Position numbers and translations under genes: made by a program. The notes below the pieces were generated by a model. It saw nothing but the letters and a program-made list of their open reading frames with translations. It had not been told where the DNA came from and did no database searches. Of a stretch of DNA of 64,000 nucleotides, positions 58,041-64,000 are shown in pieces (the first letter of the stretch is position 1; each line of letters begins with the position of its first letter). This DNA comes from Patescibacteria group bacterium (lineage in GTDB: Bacteria > Patescibacteriota > WWE3 > 2-01-FULL-39-13), in contig JASNYX010000001.1 of assembly GCA_048499955.1 (NCBI GenBank), positions 2,452 through 66,451 on the forward strand, in the 5' to 3' direction.

Positions 58041-59852
58041 CTAATTCGGAGATTTATATAATTTACCGCCTTTTAGAAATAGTATCTCTGTTTTTGAAGT
58101 GCTCTTTAGCAAAGCAAATTTTTCGGGAGTGTCGATATCCTGATCTTCGGCAAGTTTAATGCGTTTTACCAAAGACATATTAGTTTTACCGAAAACAATA
58201 ACTTCTTTGGTTTCTTTGTCGAGAATATAGATGTTTTGGTTGTCCATTTCCATATGTGCGGGGCTTTTTAAGTGTTCTGAGAGATCATAAGAGGTTGTTT
58301 TGTTTCCGCCATAATATTTGTCGACTGTTTTATTGTTTAACACGTATACATTGCTATCGACCGTTATAGCTGTAGGGAAATTCAGAGTTCCGCCTTTTAG
58401 CCATACTTCAGCGGTTTCAGACTGGAGCGGTAACGAATGAATGTTATTTGTTGTTAATATGTAAGCTTTGTTTAAATATGGGTAAACATCCACGACATTA
58501 TTAATTTCCTCAAGTAAATATTTATCTACCTTGTCAGGTGTTTTGGTATTTACTACATGAAGCACTTTATTCGCGTAAACATAGCAGAGCTTGTCGTCGC
58601 ATTCGAGATATTCGAAGTTGTCTATATTGCTCAAAACGGCCTTCATTTCTGAATTAACAGGATTAAATTCGTAAAGGGTTCCTTGTGCTTTATCGAATAG
58701 AATCGGCTCTGTTGCTCTTCCTGATAATGCGTATATCGAGAGTTCACTACTTAATGATTTAGGGTCAAGGAGTACCGGATGTAAATCATTGACCTCGGGT
58801 GTATTCGCAATTTCAGATTTGACCTCGGGATCCTGAACAATTCTAAGGCCATTTGTTACGCTTGCTTGTAGTTCAATTTGTTGTGAACGTTTTTGAAGCA
58901 AATAGTACCCGGTAAAAGTTAAGAAGACAATGGCAGCCAAACCTATGGTGAACTTTACAGGTCTCATGTTTTTTTTACGGTTGGATAATCGTTTTGCGGT
59001 TTCTGTGGTGCTTCTTTCTATATTTTGATTTGAGGAAATCAATCCGCTAATCGAAGAAACCGGGGCAGTCTTTTTCCTCTGATATATATTAAATTTTTCC
59101 GACAGGCGAGGAACTCTAAATAGCGACTCTTTTACTTTTCCGATTTTATCGGGCAAGGAGCCTTTCATGTAAAGTTTTGTGAGCATTGAATTACCCGAGC
59201 CCGAACTTTCTTTTCCTGTGCTCCCTGCTATTTTTATTAATGTGGCAGCTATAAGATTTTTGTCGGGGTGTTCTGCTACCAACTGAGGAATTTCATTCAA
59301 GGCACCGATAATTTCTTGCGGGGGAAAGGTACTTGCAAACTTTTCTGTTCCAATTACGATGACATCTTCTAAATCAAGAATACTTGAGCTGGTCCATATT
59401 TCTCCGGAAGTTGAAGGTGTACCGGCAATATTTCTTACGCCTGATCCTCGTATAAGATATGCCGCGGGTTTACCAATATAGCTGACATACAAAACCTTAT
59501 TCCAGATTAGTGCTGTACAGAAAGAAACTTCAATATTCGAGTTTTGTTCCAAGTCTTTATCTTTGATCGAAAGCAACACCTGATACGCTCTGCTTAAGGC
59601 TTTCTCTATGGCATTGAGTGGTGTTTCGTCGGTGTTTCTATAATAGCTGTCACGGATATTATCGAGGAAAATTTTTAATGCAGGTTGAGCTTCAAAATGT
59701 TCATTTGATTCAAGACTTACTACGGTGAAAAGCTTGCCGCGTTTTTTGGAAAGCTCGGGGTCTTCCACGTCAAAAAAATGGGTCAGGGATAATTGCTTCT
59801 TATTATTCGGATCAACGTCCAGAATATTTTGAATCTTCAGGTTTAGTTCCAT
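58041..59852 (-). CDS. CPR-type membrane protein: PP2C-like N-domain, TM helix, C-terminal beta-propeller
   Basis: N-terminal alpha/beta domain (LYVSYIG..AYLIRG), central TM helix, and repeated VYVL/IYILD blades. Confidence 0.55.
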   Translation of the reverse strand: MELNLKIQNILDVDPNNKKQLSLTHFFDVEDPELSKKRGKLFTVVSLESNEHFEAQPALKIFLDNIRDSYYRNTDETPLNAIEKALSRAYQVLLSIKDKDLEQNSNIEVSFCTALIWNKVLYVSYIGKPAAYLIRGSGVRNIAGTPSTSGEIWTSSSILDLEDVIVIGTEKFASTFPPQEIIGALNEIPQLVAEHPDKNLIAATLIKIAGSTGKESSGSGNSMLTKLYMKGSLPDKIGKVKESLFRVPRLSEKFNIYQRKKTAPVSSISGLISSNQNIERSTTETAKRLSNRKKNMRPVKFTIGLAAIVFLTFTGYYLLQKRSQQIELQASVTNGLRIVQDPEVKSEIANTPEVNDLHPVLLDPKSLSSELSIYALSGRATEPILFDKAQGTLYEFNPVNSEMKAVLSNIDNFEYLECDDKLCYVYANKVLHVVNTKTPDKVDKYLLEEINNVVDVYPYLNKAYILTTNNIHSLPLQSETAEVWLKGGTLNFPTAITVDSNVYVLNNKTVDKYYGGNKTTSYDLSEHLKSPAHMEMDNQNIYILDKETKEVIVFGKTNMSLVKRIKLAEDQDIDTPEKFALLKSTSKTEILFLKGGKLYKSPN

Positions 59853-59878
59853 TGCGTACTACGCTTTTTAGTTTATCT

Positions 59879-60190
59879 TTATAAAGCCAAAATGGCAAAA
59901 GCGAGACAGCATATAACTGCGATAAGGTGTGCATATCCTAAGATATAAATGTATTTATTGGTTGAAGACTTTATTGTTTGCGTCATTAAGCCAATCTGTT
60001 TTATCACCATTACAGCCACTATCAAGTATCCCATTAAAAAAATAATTAACAGGATTTTCACTATATCATATAGGTAATTTTGGATAGATGCTCCCAAAAG
60101 CGATTGAATTATTGCATTTGCATCCCCAGGAGGTGATAACAATACGTCTTGACTAAAGTTGAAGTTTTGAACTAATAAATTATCTGCCAT
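59879..60190 (-). CDS. Small two-TM membrane protein (DUF5657-like)
   Basis: YLIVAVMVIKQIGLMTQT...AHL pattern typical of Microgenomates proteins. Confidence 0.55.
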   Translation of the reverse strand: MADNLLVQNFNFSQDVLLSPPGDANAIIQSLLGASIQNYLYDIVKILLIIFLMGYLIVAVMVIKQIGLMTQTIKSSTNKYIYILGYAHLIAVICCLAFAILAL

Positions 60191-60737
60191 TTGTTTTTTT
60201 GAATTCCTCAACTAAGTCTGTGAATTTATCATGAACTAGTCCTGGTTTGGGGATGTCATGGAATTCGAATTCGGTCTTCTGCGCAGCTGTTTGAACAAAT
60301 ATATGTCCATAGTCAAAAAGTACATGTAAAAACTTATGGGTTTCGTATGTTGCATCTTCGATTTGTCCCAAAGACGTTTCCGAAATTCTTTTTGTCCATA
60401 ATCCTTTAAAATCAACATCAATCAGGCGTTTATCGGTAATTATATAAACGTTAAAATACCAAGTAAGGAAAGACTCAAAAGTAATAAACATTGTAACGAG
60501 GTACCAAAGAAGGAGTACCACCATTTGGATTCCGGGATTTATAAACTCGAACGTATTAATACCATTTGACATCAGGATCACCATGATAATCGGGGGGAGT
60601 AAAACGAGAAAAATCGCTGTGATAATCCAAGCAATATTGGTAATTGGGTGTTTTCTTAACACGAAATAGAGTGTTTCCCCTGATTCTTGGGATTCGAAGG
60701 TTAAATCTTTGGGTTTTTCAATTATTGACTCGAACAT
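60180..60737 (-). CDS. Membrane protein with bacterial PH domain
   Basis: LRKHP, two TM helices, YIITDKRLID and FDYGHIFVQTA. Confidence 0.8.
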   Translation of the reverse strand: MFESIIEKPKDLTFESQESGETLYFVLRKHPITNIAWIITAIFLVLLPPIIMVILMSNGINTFEFINPGIQMVVLLLWYLVTMFITFESFLTWYFNVYIITDKRLIDVDFKGLWTKRISETSLGQIEDATYETHKFLHVLFDYGHIFVQTAAQKTEFEFHDIPKPGLVHDKFTDLVEEFKKTNGR

Positions 60738-60797
60738 ATATAGCCTAATTATACTCTAATTTCGGACTAAACGTGTATTTGTAAGAATTATGATGTT

Positions 60798-61499
60798 TTA
60801 TCCAAACCTCTTTAAGTCTTTCAATAATGCATATGCACAGACTTCTCTAGCTCCGTGTCTTTTTAATGTCTCTGCACAAGCCATAAGTGTTGCCCCTGTA
60901 GTACAAATATCATCTATAAGTAGAATGCTTTTTCCTTCAATAAGTGGTATTAACTTGGAATCGGTAATGTATTTGTTTATTATGTTTTGAAATCGACTTT
61001 CCCTTCTGAGTTCTTTTTGTTGTTTGTTTCTTAAGTTTTTGTTAATTCTTAAGAGAGGTAGTATCTTGATATTCAACTGAGCCGCTATGTTTCGGCTAAT
61101 ATACTTGCTTTGGTCAACCAGTCTCGATTTGCTAGTTGCCGGAATAGGCACGAGATAGTCGGGGTTATTTCGTAGTTCATTTTTTATAAAGTTATTATCT
61201 ATTAACACTTCGAGATAACGGTAAGCTTGGTTTCCGGATTTTGCTCTGTTTATGATTCTTTTTGCAGTTCTGTCGTAGGCATATAGGCATAGGAATTTAT
61301 CAACTGTCTTATTGTTGTAATTCCTCTTGCAGATTTCGTGTGTTTTGCCATCTATTGATAAATTTTCGCAAATTAGGCACATTGGAAAATCAATGTGTAT
61401 CAGTCGATTCTTGCATTTGATACAGAGTCTGCTACCATAATTTCCGCAGGCTATACATTTTGCAGGGAACAGTATTTTAGGTAAGTCTTTCCATCTCAT
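60798..61499 (-). CDS. comF: ComF family competence protein (Zn ribbon + PRTase)
   Basis: LFPAKCIAC..LCIKC and ILLIDDICTTGATL motifs. Confidence 0.92.
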   Translation of the reverse strand: MRWKDLPKILFPAKCIACGNYGSRLCIKCKNRLIHIDFPMCLICENLSIDGKTHEICKRNYNNKTVDKFLCLYAYDRTAKRIINRAKSGNQAYRYLEVLIDNNFIKNELRNNPDYLVPIPATSKSRLVDQSKYISRNIAAQLNIKILPLLRINKNLRNKQQKELRRESRFQNIINKYITDSKLIPLIEGKSILLIDDICTTGATLMACAETLKRHGAREVCAYALLKDLKRFG

Positions 61500-61602
61500 T
61501 ACTTATGAATATCATTTGTAATGAAAAACCCTGTTAACATCTGATAAAATAGTTAGATACAGTTTGTGAATTTTAGACAGCCGCCAAAGATTTTGTATCG
61601 TT

Positions 61603-63447
61603 ATGAAAACTAAAAAGAAAGACAATAAGTTCAACATGAACAATATGATGAATAAAGGGAGAAATGTTAATCCTTTTGTTATTTTAATCGCCGGTCTGAT
61701 TTTCTGGAGCGTCATTTCGATGTTTTCCGATCCTTTTTCTAAAAATACACAGAATATTTCCATTAATGAGGCCCTTTCTTTGATAAGAGGCGGTGAAGTC
61801 GAACGTGTAACCATCGAAAACGATAACGTAAAAATGGAGCTGAAAAATGGGGAAGAAGTTTCAACTACAAAAGAAGCTCAAATAAGTTTTTACGAACTCT
61901 TAAGTTTACAGAATATTGATCCTGATTTAGTTGCCGAAGGTATCTATGAAAACCGTAGATTTCCTTGGATCGAAATTATTTCGGGTGTCGCGTTTCCGAT
62001 TTTAAGTATCGCCTTTTTATGGTGGATTTTCCGCCAGGCAGGAAGATCAAGTGGTGGTCTATTTAGTATAGGTAAATCCAAGGCGAGACTATTTTCTAAA
62101 GGTGCAGTTAAAAAAGTAGGATTTGATGATGTTGCGGGTGTTGGAGAAGTTAAGGCTGAACTTGTTGAAATTGTGGATTTTCTGCAGCGACCAGAAAAAT
62201 ATAGAAAGCTTGGTGCAAGAATTCCAAAAGGGGTTTTGTTAATTGGCCCTTCTGGTGTTGGAAAAACATTGCTTGCGAGAGCTATTGCCGGTGAAGCGGA
62301 CGTTCCGTTTTATTCAGTTGCAGGGAGCGAATTTATTGAAATGATTGTTGGAGTTGGATCTGCAAGAGTTCGTGATCTCTTTAAGACCGCTAAGGAAACC
62401 TCTCCCTCGTTGGTTTTTATTGATGAAATAGATGCTATCGGTCGGCATAGAGGGCGTGCGATGGCAGTGAGTAACGACGAGCGTGAACAGACCTTAAATC
62501 AAATTCTTGTTGAAATGGATGGCTTTGACACTAGAGATAATGTAATTATCATCGCAGCAACAAATAGGCCGGATATGCTTGATCCTGCATTGGTTAGACC
62601 GGGTAGGTTTGATCGTCATATCAGAGTGGATCTTCCAAATGTCGAAGAACGAAAGGAAATCATTCAGATACACAAAAAAGGTAAGCCTATGTCTGAATCT
62701 GTAGATTTGGAAAAAATTGCTAAGCAAACGGTCGGTTTCAGCGGTGCAGATCTTGAAAACATGTTAAATGAGGCGGCTATCCTTGCTGCGAGGCGAGGTG
62801 CCACTGAAATTGAAATGAAGGATGTTTCAGAGGCTTCAACTAAAGTCCGATTAGGGCCGGGTAGAAAGCTATTGCAATCTGACCAGGAAAGAAAAGTTAC
62901 CGCATACCACGAGGCAGGGCATGCGTTAGTTTCCGCAAAAACAAAGTTTTCCGATCCGGTAAATAAAGTGACTATTGTTTCAAGGTCGATGTCGCTTGGG
63001 CATACACAGTACGAGCCTGATGATAATTATACTAATCAAACAAAGAGTAAATTAATCGCTTTAATACGAGGGTTATTGGGAGGTAGAGCTGCGGAAGAAG
63101 TTGTATTTAATGAACTTACCGTCGGTGCATCAAATGATATTGAAAGAGCGACACTGATTGCCCGAAAGATGGTTACCGACTTAGGGATGAGCTCGCTAGG
63201 CCCTGTAAACTACGTTAATGACAATGCCGGTATGTGGGAAGCGAACCCTGAATCTAAATCAATTGGGTATAGTGACGAGACTGCAAGGCAAATTGATGCC
63301 GAAATTAAAAATATTATTAAAACTGAGTACGAAGAAGCGAGAAAAATCCTTCAAACACATAGGGAAACACTCGATGTGATTGCTCGTGAGCTATTAGAGA
63401 AGGAAACCCTAGAGCAGGACGAACTAGAGCTTATATTGGCTCAATAA
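61603..63447 (+). CDS. ftsH: ATP-dependent zinc metalloprotease FtsH
   Basis: Two TM helices, [33 protein letters not shown] and HEAGH. Confidence 0.98.
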   Translation: MKTKKKDNKFNMNNMMNKGRNVNPFVILIAGLIFWSVISMFSDPFSKNTQNISINEALSLIRGGEVERVTIENDNVKMELKNGEEVSTTKEAQISFYELLSLQNIDPDLVAEGIYENRRFPWIEIISGVAFPILSIAFLWWIFRQAGRSSGGLFSIGKSKARLFSKGAVKKVGFDDVAGVGEVKAELVEIVDFLQRPEKYRKLGARIPKGVLLIGPSGVGKTLLARAIAGEADVPFYSVAGSEFIEMIVGVGSARVRDLFKTAKETSPSLVFIDEIDAIGRHRGRAMAVSNDEREQTLNQILVEMDGFDTRDNVIIIAATNRPDMLDPALVRPGRFDRHIRVDLPNVEERKEIIQIHKKGKPMSESVDLEKIAKQTVGFSGADLENMLNEAAILAARRGATEIEMKDVSEASTKVRLGPGRKLLQSDQERKVTAYHEAGHALVSAKTKFSDPVNKVTIVSRSMSLGHTQYEPDDNYTNQTKSKLIALIRGLLGGRAAEEVVFNELTVGASNDIERATLIARKMVTDLGMSSLGPVNYVNDNAGMWEANPESKSIGYSDETARQIDAEIKNIIKTEYEEARKILQTHRETLDVIARELLEKETLEQDELELILAQ

Positions 63448-63487
63448 CAGCTTATTCTCCAAACCACTTTCATCCTTATATTTTTTT

Positions 63488-63523
63488 TAAAACGATATTG
63501 AGGATAACTCCCACATGTAGTTA
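63488..63523 (+). promoter_or_regulatory. Putative tandem NrdR boxes
   Basis: CTCCCACATGTAGTTA (63508) fits acaCwAtATaTwGtg. A weaker TAAAACGATATTGAGG lies 20 bp upstream. Both precede the RNR gene. Confidence 0.45.
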
Positions 63524-63698
63524 ATTAATAGTTATAGCCCGCGAGGGGAAGTGTCCTGTTCGAGTTGGTAAACGTTCCTGCCCAACCGTTTGGACCTCAT
63601 TCATTTCAACCAGATCGGCTATTTTTTTAATTTCTGTAGTTTATCTTTCAATAGAGCTTGGGCAAAATATTGAACGATACCCTGCCAAAATCCAAAAT

Positions 63699-64000
63699 AT
63701 GAGAACTCCAAAAACAACGGAGAAGATCCTCGTTAAGCAAGAGTACAAGACTTTACGGAAGGTCGATGAGATCAACGTTTCCGAAAACGCTAAAGAGATA
63801 TTTAAAAGAAGATATTTTTTAAAGGATCGAGATGGAAAACCTATTGAAACTTTAACTCAGGCTTTTAAACGTGTTGCGTATTTCGTGGCGGAGGGAGAAA
63901 AAACCCAGAAACTTCGCGACCAATACGGTGAATATTTTTATGATTTGATGACTGATTTAAGGTTTGTACCGAACTCTCCCACTTGGACCGGTGCGAATAC
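63699..64000 (+). CDS. nrdJ: Ribonucleotide reductase, probably class II (AdoCbl-dependent), 3'-truncated by window edge
   Basis: Manual translation gives SENAKEIFKRRYFLKDRDGKPIET...FKRVA...RFVPNSPTWTGA. Confidence 0.85.
   Translation, partial: MRTPKTTEKILVKQEYKTLRKVDEINVSENAKEIFKRRYFLKDRDGKPIETLTQAFKRVAYFVAEGEKTQKLRDQYGEYFYDLMTDLRFVPNSPTWTGAN

Noticed and set aside
63534-63628. Firm call as a cobalamin riboswitch, SRP RNA or 6S RNA
   Set aside because: Only fragmentary motif similarity. It lacks the SRP domain IV consensus and is too short for a typical 6S, so it is kept only as an unassigned candidate.

Overview
This is a chromosomal window from a Patescibacteria/CPR bacterium, probably Microgenomates/WWE3-like (inferred from gene content), and it spans the likely replication origin. 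Left to right: groES-groEL; a T4SS-like block (beta-propeller, PrgI-like, accessory gene, VirB4-like ATPase); an rpmH-rnpA-yidD-yidC-jag-dnaN operon with dnaN detached from dnaA; a Kef-type antiporter; dnaA with DnaA boxes and oriC; a solute-binding protein, valS, a doubly frameshifted tlyA, rplY, a DUF4012-type protein and RNase HI; a CBM/LamG secreted protein and four type IV minor pilins; hsp20. A cell-surface region follows (GH-A hydrolase, giant M23 peptidase, VirB6-like, four VirB2-like pilins, SpoIID/LytB) with a small HUH/RAYT-type transposase inserted between perfect 21-bp inverted repeats and CTAA direct repeats. An AT-rich accessory region (~46.9-57.0 kb) abuts the tmRNA 3' end and encodes two unusual nucleotidyltransferase fusions (one with a P-loop kinase, one probably with a PLP decarboxylase), two APH-fold kinases, two glycosyltransferases and a beta-propeller. 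The window ends with ssrA, smpB, comF, ftsH and the start of a class II ribonucleotide reductase. The best novelty candidates are this enzyme island, the inverted-repeat-bounded HUH element, a three-way-junction 5' leader on a VirB2-like pilin, and a structured nrdJ leader. Several frameshifts may be assembly errors. All family assignments come from motif reading by eye, not database searches.
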